The notes under the pieces were generated by a model. It had not been told where the DNA came from and did no database searches. It was given only the letters and a program-made list of their open reading frames with translations. From Okeania sp. SIO1F9 (GTDB taxonomy: Bacteria; Cyanobacteriota; Cyanobacteriia; Cyanobacteriales; Microcoleaceae), in NCBI RefSeq assembly GCF_010672745.1, contig NZ_JAAHFW010000035.1, positions 8,973 to 72,972 on the forward strand: DNA of 64,000 nt, written 5' to 3'. The first letter of the stretch is position 1. Every line of letters starts with the position of its first letter. The translations under genes were made by a program, and so were the position numbers. Shown in pieces: positions 8,942 through 19,491 of this stretch.

Positions 8942-10198
8942 TCATCGATAAACTGGTAAAGTAAACTGAAAACAACTACCATTATTTGGACTAGACTCTA
9001 CCCAAATTTTGCCGTAGTGGGATAAAATAATCCTTTGACATAAAGCTAGACCAATACCATAACCTTCTTGTGACTCATCACGCTTGAGTCTAAAACTATC
9101 TTCAAAAATACGACCGTGATTTTCTTTAGGAATACCAGGACCACTATCACAAATTGTCACTTGAATCTTTTGAGTAGTGCGATCGAGGATTAAAACCTGT
9201 ATTTTTCCTTGTTTAGGAGTATACTTTATGGCATTATCCAGCAAATTAACTATTACCTGACGTATTCTTTCTCGGTCAGCATAAACTAACGGTAAATCAT
9301 TAGGAATATCCGTTTTCAACTGCAAATCTTTTGACTTAAGTCGGTCTCGAAAACTAATTATCACCTCGCGACACAATGCCCCCAAATCTAATTTTTCAGG
9401 CTGAATTTGTAACTGCGTACTTTTGCCTCTTGGCCTCTCCAGAATATCTGTAATCATTCTGTCAATCACACGAACTTGGTAACGTGCCTGCTTAATTAGC
9501 CTTTCCATAAGAGTCGGAGAGCTTCTAGGAAACTCACTATTAACAGTTTTTTGAGTTGATTCTAAAGTCTCTAGAGCCAATGAAACTGCTGTCAGAGGGT
9601 TGCGTAAGTCATGAGCCAACATGGCCACAATACGGTCTTTAAATCTTAGTTGAGCTTGAAGTTGTTCCTTTTCCTGTTTGAGACGAAAAATTTCATCTGA
9701 CATTTGCATTAATTCTGCAGCACAGTCGATGGAATTAACAGATAATTTTTGATTAACAACCTGTTTAGACTGAGGTTGAGAGTTATGAGTGTGCCAATAT
9801 TCGGCGATGGAACGTTGCCAGCGTGGCCACCAATATTCCAATTTGGCAATTAAATCTGTACCAGTTAGGGTTTGTCTCGGTTCAGGATAAATTTTGAGTA
9901 GAGCAGGAGTAGCAATTAACTTGAAGTGCTCTGCCATATAGGGTTGCTCTTGTACGTCAATGACTTGAAATTCAAAGGGATAATCATAATCTTTTTCTAA
10001 ATTGTTGAGGGACTTACGAATGGCTTGAATTTGCTCTTGAGAGCCAGGACGTTTGTTGATAAACAATAAAATCTGTAAAAATCCCTGCTCATTACTATTA
10101 TTATTATTATTAGATTTTTCTGAAGACACCTGTAAAAAATTTCTAGGTAAGTGGGATAGGCTATTAGCATCTCTTTTGCAAATAGAATAATTTACCAT
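8942..10198 (-). CDS. sasA: Adaptive-response sensor histidine kinase SasA-like (N-terminal KaiB-like domain plus HisKA and HATPase)
   Basis: The N-terminal 'LLFINKRPGSQEQIQAIRKSL...EQPYMAEHFKLIATPALLKIYPEPRQTLTG' matches the KaiB-like fold of SasA. The H-box is 'MLAHDLRNPLTAVSLALETLE'. G-box: 'DSGPGIP...GYGIGL'. Confidence 0.65.
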   Translation of the reverse strand: MVNYSICKRDANSLSHLPRNFLQVSSEKSNNNNNSNEQGFLQILLFINKRPGSQEQIQAIRKSLNNLEKDYDYPFEFQVIDVQEQPYMAEHFKLIATPALLKIYPEPRQTLTGTDLIAKLEYWWPRWQRSIAEYWHTHNSQPQSKQVVNQKLSVNSIDCAAELMQMSDEIFRLKQEKEQLQAQLRFKDRIVAMLAHDLRNPLTAVSLALETLESTQKTVNSEFPRSSPTLMERLIKQARYQVRVIDRMITDILERPRGKSTQLQIQPEKLDLGALCREVIISFRDRLKSKDLQLKTDIPNDLPLVYADRERIRQVIVNLLDNAIKYTPKQGKIQVLILDRTTQKIQVTICDSGPGIPKENHGRIFEDSFRLKRDESQEGYGIGLALCQRIILSHYGKIWVESSPNNGSCFQFTLPVYR

Positions 10199-10643
10199 TT
10201 AGTAGTAATCCATATTGAATATTCCCGCCTACCTAGATACTTGGCCCTATGCTGTAAGCGGGGCGGGGTTTACCACTTACGATTAAAAAACTAATTGGAT
10301 GAATTTTATATTTTTCTATTAATGGCCTATAAAAGAAAATTAGTTTCTGAGATAATTTAATATCTATTTCATATTGTGACACTAATACTTTCAATTCGCG
10401 TTCTAGAGTATATTGAGATTATCTAATGCTGACTTGACATAATTGATATTTTATAGTAAGTGAATACAGATAAATCTTACCAGTGGTTATGATGACTCAA
10501 GTGAGGGAGAATTTTCTGGTAAGTGGTATACTGCAAGCTTAAATTTTATAGTAGTTGGAGGTTTGCTGAGGATACTCTCAGAACTTCATGTCTCAGTTGT
10601 CAAAAAAATGTAATTTTAAATTTTGAAATATTGCTAAAAATGG

Positions 10644-12296
10644 ATGAAGTTGGTTAGCTGGCAAAAAAATCAGTCCCTCAGAGTGGTGCTTGTGGCGGCG
10701 ATCGCCTTCTTTGTTCTCTGTCTATTATTTAATTTGCACCGCTATTATAGTTTTTACGCCTCTTACGACCAAGGTATATTTAACCAGGTCTTTTGGAATA
10801 GTATACACGGTCGTTTTTTTCAAAGTTCTCTCTCTTCTGCTCTTTCTACAAATGTAGTTCACCAAGGCCAAGTACCAGAAGTATACTATCACCGCTTAGG
10901 CCAACATTTTACTCCAGCTCTATTATTGTGGTTGCCAATATATGCTCTATTTCCATATCCTGTCACCCTAACAGTATTACAGGTCACATTAGTTACTGGT
11001 GCTGGTTTAGTTTTATACATTTTAGCTAGGCACTATCTCCAGCCACCCTTATCAGCCATAATTACCATTAGCTTCTATTGTGCTAATGCAGTAATTGGCC
11101 CTACTCTCGGAAATTTCCATGATATTTGTCAGATACCTATATTTGTATTTAGCTTACTACTGGCAATGGAAAAACGCTGGTGGCCTCTATTTTGGATTTT
11201 AGTAGTATTAATTTTAGCTGTTAGAGAAGATGCAGGAGTAGTTTTATTTGGAGTAGGATTCTATCTAATTTTGAGTAAACGCTACCCCAAAATAGGTTTA
11301 GCTATTTGTACTTTCAGTTTTGTTTATATGGTAGCTTTAACAAATCTGATTATGCCCCTATTTTCCGAAGACATTTCCCAGAGATTTATGATGGAAAGAT
11401 TCGGTCAATATGCAGAAGGAGATGAAGCTTCGACTTTGGAAATTATTTGGGGTATGATTAGTAACCCTTGGCGGTTAATAGCAGAAATTTTCACTCCATT
11501 TTTTGGCACTATCAAGTATTTATTAGGTCAATGGTTACCTTTAGCATTTGTACCTGCTGTTGCTCCCGCTTCTTGGATGATAGCAGGGTTTCCTTTACTG
11601 AAATTATTTTCTGCTCAAGGTTTGTCTGTACTGTCAATTACAATTCGCTACGCTATGACAGTAGTACCTGGATTATTTTACGGTGCAATTCTATGGTGGG
11701 GAAAGAGAGAATCAGAAGTTGAAAACTCACCACTGCCATCAGGAAAGTTTCGCCGTTTTTGGGTAATTTGTATTTGCTTGTCGCTATTTTTTACATTTAC
11801 ATCTAATCCTAATCGCACTTTTTATTTTTTAGTACCAGATTCAGTTAAACCTTGGGTTTATGTTCCCGCACACCAACAATGGCAACACGTTGGTAAAATG
11901 CGACCATTGTTAGGAAAAATTCCTGATGATGCAAGTGTGGCAGCAACAACTTATATTATTCCTCACTTATCAAGTCGTCGAGCAATTTTGCGGTTTCCTA
12001 GAATGCAATTTAGAAATGATGCTAGAGAGGTGGAAAAGGTGCAATATATTATTGTTGATCTGTGGCGGTTGAATAGATATCGGGTCGCATTTAAGAGCGA
12101 TCGCCAACGGTTAGAGAAAATTGTACCGCGAATTGAAGAACTTTATAATTCTGGTGAATATGGAATTACTGATTTTAGAGATGGTGTGGTTTTGATGGAA
12201 AAAGGAGTAGTTTCTGATTTGGATGCTCTGGATGGATGGGAAAATTTCCGCATGAAGAAGGAGTCAGGAGACAGGAGTCAGGAGTCAGTCAAGTAG
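10644..12296 (+). CDS. Polytopic integral membrane protein, DUF2079-like
   Basis: About 12 hydrophobic segments. An N-terminal 'YDQGIFNQVFWN' motif is reminiscent of DUF2079 membrane proteins. Confidence 0.45.
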   Translation: MKLVSWQKNQSLRVVLVAAIAFFVLCLLFNLHRYYSFYASYDQGIFNQVFWNSIHGRFFQSSLSSALSTNVVHQGQVPEVYYHRLGQHFTPALLLWLPIYALFPYPVTLTVLQVTLVTGAGLVLYILARHYLQPPLSAIITISFYCANAVIGPTLGNFHDICQIPIFVFSLLLAMEKRWWPLFWILVVLILAVREDAGVVLFGVGFYLILSKRYPKIGLAICTFSFVYMVALTNLIMPLFSEDISQRFMMERFGQYAEGDEASTLEIIWGMISNPWRLIAEIFTPFFGTIKYLLGQWLPLAFVPAVAPASWMIAGFPLLKLFSAQGLSVLSITIRYAMTVVPGLFYGAILWWGKRESEVENSPLPSGKFRRFWVICICLSLFFTFTSNPNRTFYFLVPDSVKPWVYVPAHQQWQHVGKMRPLLGKIPDDASVAATTYIIPHLSSRRAILRFPRMQFRNDAREVEKVQYIIVDLWRLNRYRVAFKSDRQRLEKIVPRIEELYNSGEYGITDFRDGVVLMEKGVVSDLDALDGWENFRMKKESGDRSQESVK

Positions 12297-12510
12297 GTTG
12301 TGTTAGCGTTTGCGCAGTATTCCGCACCGAAAGCGTAACGCACCGAGATCTTTGAGATAGCTACAAACTATTCAACGGTGCGTTACGGCGCAACGTAATA
12401 TTTGACAGTTCAACAGTATTTTGTAGTAAGCGCCTAACTCACCCTACTGTACTACTACGGAGGCGATGGCACTGACTCCTTAAATTAACAATGAGTAATC
12501 TTCTTGAAGA

Positions 12511-12563
12511 AGGCAGAAGGCAGAAGGCAGAAGGCAGAAGGCAGAAGGCAGAAGGCAGAAGGG
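12511..12563. repeat. STRR heptamer tract (GGCAGAA)n, about 7.5 copies
   Basis: Perfect tandem heptamers. Confidence 0.85.
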
Positions 12564-12616
12564 AAAATTGTTTGGGGTTAGAATCCCAAACAATTTTAAG
12601 CACCCCCGTTGACGGT

Positions 12617-12652
12617 GGGGTATTAAACCCATAAGGGAAAAGATAAATTTCA
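12617..12652. repeat. Copy of the dispersed 'GGGGTATTAAACCCATAAGGGAAAAGATAAATTT' element
   Basis: Near-identical to 4494-4530 and 42325-42360. Confidence 0.6.
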
Positions 12653-13289
12653 AATCAGATGAGGAGAACTTTTATTAGAAAAATTTGCTGCTCCTCCGGA
12701 AGATGTCTTAGGAGAATTGTCTTATTTTGAAATGGGAATTAGGCGTTTTTGTTACTGGTGCGATCGCCCCATCTTGATCGAAATAGGCAAAGAACAAATC
12801 AAAGTATTTTTAGACCCCGATATCTCTATGCTCCTGGAAGAAGATTTACCTACAAAAATCCACCAGTTATCGCGAGGGGAAACAATACGGTTAGAATTTG
12901 TTGATAGTTTTTGCCTCACAATAGAATTAGTACCTCTTGGCAACAAGGTTAACTGCAACTTACGATATTTTGGCTATTGAGATAGCAATAAAAACTTTTC
13001 TCTAGATAGCAGTTACAAACAATATTTCCTTGAGAGTAGGGAGTAGGAAGTAGGGAGTAGGGTGAAAAGAGGTAAGATATCTTGGTTTAATGCCGATAAT
13101 CGTTATAAACATTACTAAACGATTATTATTACTTAATAACTGAAGTTCATCGGAAGTATAGCATTAATGCATGGTAATTGATATGAGACCTATTAAAAGA
13201 ACAAGGTAAAGGAGAAGATGTAGAAAAAATCGAGAAAGCAATACAAAGAACTCAAGCAGAATCTTAAGAGAAATATAGGTAAAAAAATA

Positions 13290-13330
13290 TAGCGGTTTGT
13301 GATTAATTTATATGCAAACCACTATTTTTT
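13290..13330 (+). terminator. Candidate rho-independent terminator (stem GCGGTTTG / CAAACCAC followed by TATTTTTTTG) on the plus strand
   Basis: Stem-loop followed by a T-run. No convincing plus-strand gene lies immediately upstream, so its function is uncertain. Confidence 0.25.
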
Positions 13331-13413
13331 TGTTAGTTTTTCAGGCAAAGCATTGCTAATGCTACAGTTGTTATTGCCTTGATTAGGAAAACAGTGTCAC
13401 CTTATCCATTAGA

Positions 13414-14178
13414 CTATACAGCGAAAGTATCTACAAATACTGAACCTGTCGTGTTACCATTAATAGTTGAGAGTGATAAAGTAGTGTCGTCACTTTGCGG
13501 GAATGTGAACCCATCTAATAGATCGTTATACAATGTGTGAGCGTAGCTGTGATTACCTACAAAACTAAAGGAACCTGGTTGGAATAGATCGTCCCAGTTA
13601 ATATATACATCTAAGTCAGCTAATGGGTCATCGTATCCCAATGTACTGCTTGTATGGAAAGCAACAACTCTATCCGCATCACTTGGATCTAAGCGATCGT
13701 CTGTGGGGTTAGCACTAGAGAACCAACCTCCTTCAAACTCAGGACCTGCTGGATCGAGACCAATAAGTTGATCGACTTCGCCACTTCGTTCGCGAAATTC
13801 TTCTCCTGCTTCACCCATCACATGAGCACCTAAACTGTGACCGATAAGAGTAGTATCGGTAGGATTAACACCTTGACTCAACAAATAGTCTGCTACCTCA
13901 ACTCCCACATCATCAACTCTATCAGCAGCAGCAAAATAATTGAGAGTATTAGCGCCTTCTTGCCAATCTACTAACAAAATGTTAGCATCATTGCCTTCCA
14001 AATCTCGTATATTTTGTGCCATTTCTGACATCCAACTTTGAGGGGTGAAATTATTACCTGGATTTCCACCCGTACTTTGGAAACCATGTACGATTACATA
14101 AGTAGGATCGCTTGTGTCTATAGAGCGTGAATTATTTAATCCCCCATTATCCCAAGTATTAAAGAAAACATCTACCAT
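13414..14178 (-). CDS. Lipase / alpha/beta-hydrolase family protein (GHSLG nucleophile elbow)
   Basis: 'IGHSLGAHV' around a serine nucleophile, and 'YVIVHGF' oxyanion-hole region. Similar to the class-3 / pancreatic-like lipase fold. Confidence 0.6.
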   Translation of the reverse strand: MVDVFFNTWDNGGLNNSRSIDTSDPTYVIVHGFQSTGGNPGNNFTPQSWMSEMAQNIRDLEGNDANILLVDWQEGANTLNYFAAADRVDDVGVEVADYLLSQGVNPTDTTLIGHSLGAHVMGEAGEEFRERSGEVDQLIGLDPAGPEFEGGWFSSANPTDDRLDPSDADRVVAFHTSSTLGYDDPLADLDVYINWDDLFQPGSFSFVGNHSYAHTLYNDLLDGFTFPQSDDTTLSLSTINGNTTGSVFVDTFAV

Positions 14179-14568
14179 ATTTTTAGTTTGTTCTCATGTA
14201 TAAGTGTTTACTGAAAATATTATGCTTTGTGTTGAGTTCCATTTTGGAACTGCTACAATAGTCCTACAAACTTTTGCTGTGTAAGCACTAGCTATTGCTA
14301 GGCAAAAAAGCTAGGAATTATGGCTATGTCCAGTTTTGATGGATTTTTTCCATCTATATTATTTACAAGTTTTTTATAGCATTTTCAGGACGGGGGGCAA
14401 ATATGCGTTGAAAAGGCTATATGTAGGGATTAATGTCCTTCGCTATCACTATATTTAGTTTCCGTGCGTAAGTTGTGAAAATATAAGTAGAACTCTCAAA
14501 AAAAATCAAGCAAAGATTTAGAAGCTGAATTCCGTGCTTGATAAGTTAGCTATGAGAAATTTTTCTTG

Positions 14569-14724
14569 TTATTTTTTCTGCTGCTTTTTTCGGGATAAGG
14601 CTGCGATCGCAACGGTGCCTGCTATTCCTAAGAGTGATGATGGTTCTGGTGTTGATTTAGGGTCAGGTGTTGATTGAGTATTAGTGGTAAACAGGTAAGC
14701 TGAACCACTGTCTTCTCCGTTGTC
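14569..14724 (-). pseudogene. Remnant of a PEP-CTERM protein (C-terminal sorting signal only, no start codon)
   Basis: Minus-strand translation reads '...TPEPSSLLGIAGTVAIAALSRKKQQKK*'. This is a PEP motif, a hydrophobic helix and a basic tail. An in-frame TAG lies ~50 codons upstream and there is no ATG. Confidence 0.35.
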
Positions 14725-14933
14725 TTTGTTATCAAATTCCTCCCTATCCTATATGCTCCCCCCCCAGGTGTCAACTACATTTTGCCTACTTCATCAAATC
14801 TTCATAATACTTATGTTCGATAAACTAAATAGGAGGCCCACCACAATCCCTGAGATTGCTTCCCTCCTCTCCGTTCCAGTCGCAATAACTTACAATAACT
14901 AATAGTCCGAAGTAGTTGCGCAAACTAAATTTA

Positions 14934-17546
14934 TCACAAACTCATCGGATCGACATCCACAGTTAAACTTACCGCTGGCGGGCAAAAATTAATCAACTTA
15001 GTCAAATCGGGTACATCCTCACATCCCGATAATAATTTTAACAAAATCTGCCACCGATAACGATTAGCGACTCTAGCAATAGGAGCAGGTGCAGGCCCCA
15101 ATAAATCGTATTTTCCTGCTTCCGCTTTTTCCATTAACACACTTGCTAACTTTTGAGCAGTTACCGCTACTTCAGTCGGGTCATAACTACTCAAACGCAA
15201 CAAAATTAACCGCCCATAAGGAGGATATAGTAACTCTGCTCTCGTCTGTAATTCAGTCTCCACAAAAGACTCATAATCATTACGTTGCACTGCTTGAATC
15301 ACAGGATGTTCGGGAGTATAAGTCTGAATAATTACCTGCCCCGGATTATCTCCACGACCAGCACGTCCCGCTACTTGCAACAATGTTTGAAAAGCACGTT
15401 CATTGGCACGATAATCTGAAAAATGTAGTAACCCATCGGCAGAAACAACTCCTACTAATGTTACTTGGGCTAAATCTAAACCTTTGGTCAACATTTGAGT
15501 ACCAATTAATAAATCTGCTTCTCCATTAGCAAACTGAGTTAACAATATTCGATGTGCATCTTTGGTGCGAGTAGTGTCGCTATCATATCTAATACATCGT
15601 AAATCGGGAAATTGTCTAGTTAACTCTTGAGTTACCTTTTGAGTACCACTGCCAAAAAATTTAAAAAAAGGAGAATCACATTCAGGGCAACGTTGGGGTT
15701 GTAGTTGAGTGTAATTGCAGTAATGACAACGTAACAGTTGAGTCCCCCCTTCGTGAGTATAATGATAGGAAAGTGAAACGTCGCAATGGGGACATTCCAT
15801 TACATAACCGCAACTACGACAAGATACAAATGTGCTGTGACCGCGACGGTGGATGAATAAAATGCCTTGTTGTTTTGTTTCCTGTAACTGTTGCAGTGCT
15901 TCTTGTAGAGGATAGCTGAACATTGTCCGGTTTCCCTGTCGCAGTTGTTGGCGCATATCCACTATTTCTATAGGTGGCATTGGTCGTGAGTGGACGCGCT
16001 CTGGTAATGACAGGTAGTAGGTTTTAGGTGTTAGGTTTTGGGTGTTAGGTTTTGGGGAAACATTTTCATCTACATTTTCTCCTAGATTAAGATCTCCTTG
16101 ACTCAAGTTTTCTGGGTGGTATTCTCTTGTTTCTAACCAACTTTCTAAAGAGGGTGTTGCGGAACCTAATATTAATGGGCAGTTTTCGAGTTCAGCTCGC
16201 CATTTTGCTACGGTGCGAGCATGATAACAAGGAGTGGGGCGGTCTTGTTTGAAACTATTATCGTGTTCTTCGTCTAATACAATTAAACCTAATTTTGGTA
16301 ATGGAGCAAAGATGGCGGAGCGAGTGCCAATAATAACTTGAGGAATACCCCATGTCATATTACGCCAGGTATCGTAACGTTCCCCCGGAGACAGAGCGCT
16401 ATGGTAAACGTAGACTTTGTTTCCGAAACGAGCGCGAAATCTATCGGTCAGTTGGGGTGTTAGACCAATTTCAGGAACAAGTACAAGAGCAGATTTGCCA
16501 TTTTCCAGGATGGGAGCGATCGCCTGTAAGTATACTTCTGTTTTTCCAGACCCCGTAACTCCATGCAACAGCACTTGAGCAAATTCTTGTATTTGGGTAA
16601 TAGTTGTTAATGCTTCTGCTTGATATGGGGTCAGTATTTTGATTTCATCTCTGATATTGCCTCTACCCTCTTCTCGTCGCAACACCTCCTGTGCTTCTAT
16701 GATGACATAGCCTTTTTCTTCTAGTTTTCTGACCACAGAAGAATTAGTTTTGCAACTGTTAAGCAATTCAGTTAACCATGTTTCCCCACCGTTTCGCCGT
16801 AGTACTTCCATTACTTCTTGTTGACGTGGGGTTAAATCTCTCGGTAAGTTTTGAACAACTAAAGTTACAGCTTGTCTCAATTTTGGTTTTGGAGGAGAAG
16901 GAGGTTCGAGATAACTTTCTACCCAACCTCGTTGGAGTAAATCTTTTAATCCTCTGTTAGCACTTTTGACTTGACGTTGGATATATTGCCAGGTGTAATC
17001 TTTGGTTTTAGAATTTTGCAGAACTTCCAGAATTTTTTTAGCGGTAGCATTGAGAAAAATTTCTGCACCTGTTGGTATTGCTTCTTCTATAATGCGGATG
17101 CGTCGTTGACTACGTTTGAGTAACCCTGGTGGTAGAGCGGTGCGAATAACTCTAATAATAGGTGTTTGATAATAACTAGCAACTTTTTCTATAAGTTGCC
17201 AATAAGTGGGAGGGAAAAAACCTCTAGTAATAATGTCCGATACATTTTTGATGCGATCGCTCGTTAACCCTTCTGGTAGTTGGGAGGTTTTGCGAATGGC
17301 GATCGCCCCTACCTGTTGACTGCCAAAGGGTACTGTTAAAATGTCTCCTGGTTGAATGTCCAGATCGGGAGGTATTTTGTAGGTAAATAACTTTTCCTCA
17401 TCTTCAGCATCATCTGTTGAAGTTTTGAAAGGAACATCAACTAAAACTTCCACCCACTCTTGCGACTCTTGAGGATGGTTGTTCATGTAAGACGATCCAG
17501 GTTCAGCCAATATTGGTTTTGAGAGTGCTTGAGTAGTTTGGGACAT
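14934..17546 (-). CDS. priA: Primosomal protein N' (PriA helicase)
   Basis: Walker A 'GVTGSGKTEVY', a DEEH box, a Cys-rich zinc-binding insertion 'CRSCGYVMECPHCDVSLSYH...CHYCNY...CPECDS', and a length of 870 aa. Confidence 0.9.
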   Translation of the reverse strand: MSQTTQALSKPILAEPGSSYMNNHPQESQEWVEVLVDVPFKTSTDDAEDEEKLFTYKIPPDLDIQPGDILTVPFGSQQVGAIAIRKTSQLPEGLTSDRIKNVSDIITRGFFPPTYWQLIEKVASYYQTPIIRVIRTALPPGLLKRSQRRIRIIEEAIPTGAEIFLNATAKKILEVLQNSKTKDYTWQYIQRQVKSANRGLKDLLQRGWVESYLEPPSPPKPKLRQAVTLVVQNLPRDLTPRQQEVMEVLRRNGGETWLTELLNSCKTNSSVVRKLEEKGYVIIEAQEVLRREEGRGNIRDEIKILTPYQAEALTTITQIQEFAQVLLHGVTGSGKTEVYLQAIAPILENGKSALVLVPEIGLTPQLTDRFRARFGNKVYVYHSALSPGERYDTWRNMTWGIPQVIIGTRSAIFAPLPKLGLIVLDEEHDNSFKQDRPTPCYHARTVAKWRAELENCPLILGSATPSLESWLETREYHPENLSQGDLNLGENVDENVSPKPNTQNLTPKTYYLSLPERVHSRPMPPIEIVDMRQQLRQGNRTMFSYPLQEALQQLQETKQQGILFIHRRGHSTFVSCRSCGYVMECPHCDVSLSYHYTHEGGTQLLRCHYCNYTQLQPQRCPECDSPFFKFFGSGTQKVTQELTRQFPDLRCIRYDSDTTRTKDAHRILLTQFANGEADLLIGTQMLTKGLDLAQVTLVGVVSADGLLHFSDYRANERAFQTLLQVAGRAGRGDNPGQVIIQTYTPEHPVIQAVQRNDYESFVETELQTRAELLYPPYGRLILLRLSSYDPTEVAVTAQKLASVLMEKAEAGKYDLLGPAPAPIARVANRYRWQILLKLLSGCEDVPDLTKLINFCPPAVSLTVDVDPMSL

Positions 17547-18094
17547 TTTGCCAAATTAACTAGAGGACAAGTAGGGTGTTTTGCTAATGTATCTCCCTAA
17601 ATTTGTTTGCACTAGCTTACTATATCTGGCAAGATTTTGCTAGCAACGTCATGGATGTTTTAGGGAAGTTCCATGGTATGAAACATTTATATAGTATTCG
17701 GATAATTAGTTATCGTATAACTCAGGAGTCAGGAGAAAGGAAGCAGAAAGGAAGCAGAAAGGAGGGAAAAATCTGGGGATATTCCGGCATTTTATGTGTG
17801 CATTGAATGGAAGTAGAGAGTGCGATAACTATATAACCGGATTTTATATTACAGCAGTTTTCGAGTTGATCAGGTACAAGGTACAAGGTACAAAGTTTTA
17901 TGCTTTTAGGGAATAGAGAACAGGGAACAGCGGTGCCACCCCGCGTCAGCGACAGACGCAAGCGGTCGGAATCCGTCTTTTGCTCCCGCAAAGCTCCGCT
18001 TTATATGTTGCAGAGCAAAAGGTAAACTACAGACAAAATATAAGTATCTTTGAAGTTTAATAATTACAGACTTAATAACTGTATTCTATGTTAA

Positions 18095-18610
18095 TGAAAA
18101 CTGCTATAAAATGACGGTTATTTAAGTTTTTATGGATAGATATAGAATCAGAAATACTGGGCGATCGCTCTGTTAAAATTATAGCGTTAGCGGAGCTTTG
18201 CGTCAGCAATCGCTCTATTTGCAATGCGCCATATATAGTGTCTTTCCCTAAGTCCTGACTATTTATCAACTCAAACATCAATTATTATCCAAATATCTAG
18301 TATCAGAGCTCAAATATCCTAGGCGTTGGTGATGCGTGGTTATGATTGTGCTTGAATGGCAATTGTCTAACTATTAACTGAAAAACATTTTATATTTGGC
18401 TAAATTTAGGTTTCATAGCTTGATTCACCAACGCCATATCCTACAATTAAAATGACGGTTATTTAAGTTTTTATGGATAGATATAGAATCAAAAATAGTA
18501 GGTGATCGCTGACAAAAATCATAGCGTTAGCGGAGCTTTGCGTCAGCAATCGCTCTATTTACCATGCGCTATATATAGTGTCTTTGCGTAAGTCCTGATG
18601 TATTTAATTT
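18095..18610. mobile_element. Two ~155-bp direct copies (18095-18255 and 18453-18610) of a partial MITE of the 'CAGGACTTACGCAAAGACACTATATAT' TIR family, separated by a spacer with its own inverted repeat
   Basis: Each copy ends in 'ATATATAGTGTCTTTSCSTAAGTCCTGA'. It contains 'AGCGTTAGCGGAGCTTTGCGTCAGCAATCGC', which is the reverse complement of the internal sequence of the element at 34313-34478. Confidence 0.6.
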
Positions 18611-18675
18611 AATTGCTGAATTTAATTGCTGTAAATATGTCGGCGACAGTCGAAACAGACCGTAGAGCATGTCAA

Positions 18676-19077
18676 TTAATGTGGATTTTTTTTCAGAGCA
18701 GTAATAATCTGACTATTTGCTTGAGGAAATGTAAATTGCTCGATATTATCTAAAGTTACCCACTTAAACTCATCACATTCTATAGTTTTTGGTGTTCCCC
18801 GCAAATAGCGACAATGATAGACATGAAGTGTTACTTTAACTTCAGAATAACTATGTTCTATAGTAATTAAATGTTCTTCTACTGCAATCTCAATTCCTAA
18901 CTCCTCTAAGATTTCTCTTTTAATACAATCTTCTATTGTTTCCCCTGCTTCTATTTTGCCACCTGGAAATTCCCATAAACCGCCAAATGCACCCCCAGGT
19001 AGTCGTTTATCAATTAAAATTTGTCCTGCTTCATTCCAGATGACAGCAACACCAATTAACTTATGAGGCAATATCAT
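18676..19077 (-). CDS. NUDIX hydrolase (MutT-like)
   Basis: Nudix box 'GGKIEAGETIEDCIKREILEELGI'. Confidence 0.8.
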   Translation of the reverse strand: MILPHKLIGVAVIWNEAGQILIDKRLPGGAFGGLWEFPGGKIEAGETIEDCIKREILEELGIEIAVEEHLITIEHSYSEVKVTLHVYHCRYLRGTPKTIECDEFKWVTLDNIEQFTFPQANSQIITALKKNPH

Positions 19078-19149
19078 ATTTTAATCTTTTCTATTTCAAA
19101 CAAAAATCCCCTGGTTAATTAACCAAGAGGACGATCAAAACTTAATTAA

Positions 19150-19491
19150 TTAACCTTCATTATTGCTGATTTGATTTCCTGGCAAAGATTTTTCAAATGT
19201 CATTCTCTGTTCAGCATTTCTGAGAAAATAACCACTGATCATTGCTGAAGCTAATAACTTACCTAAATTTTCTCTACTGGTTGTTACACTTACATTAAAT
19301 TGTTCTGAGGGTAGATTGCCTAAAAGTCCAACAATGTTTCTTTCCATCACTTGAAAAACTTCTTGAGAATTTGGCTTTGATAATTGAGAAACTGTGTCTG
19401 AACTCATAGATTGGACATATTCCCAGAGTAAATTACTTCCTTCTGAACTTTCTTCAAAAAACTCTCGGGTTTGATTTCTTCTATTGGTCAC
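19150..19491 (-). CDS. Conserved hypothetical protein, DUF760-like (cyanobacteria/plastid lineage)
   Basis: The 'LLASAMISGYFLRNAEQR' segment resembles DUF760 family proteins. 113 aa. Confidence 0.4.
   Translation of the reverse strand: MTNRRNQTREFFEESSEGSNLLWEYVQSMSSDTVSQLSKPNSQEVFQVMERNIVGLLGNLPSEQFNVSVTTSRENLGKLLASAMISGYFLRNAEQRMTFEKSLPGNQISNNEG

Noticed and set aside
12717-12980. Small ORFs 12717..12980, 32637..32831, 8478..8660, 63219..63422 and 17603..17806
   Set aside because: There are no recognisable motifs, RBSs or conservation cues. They are not reported as features.
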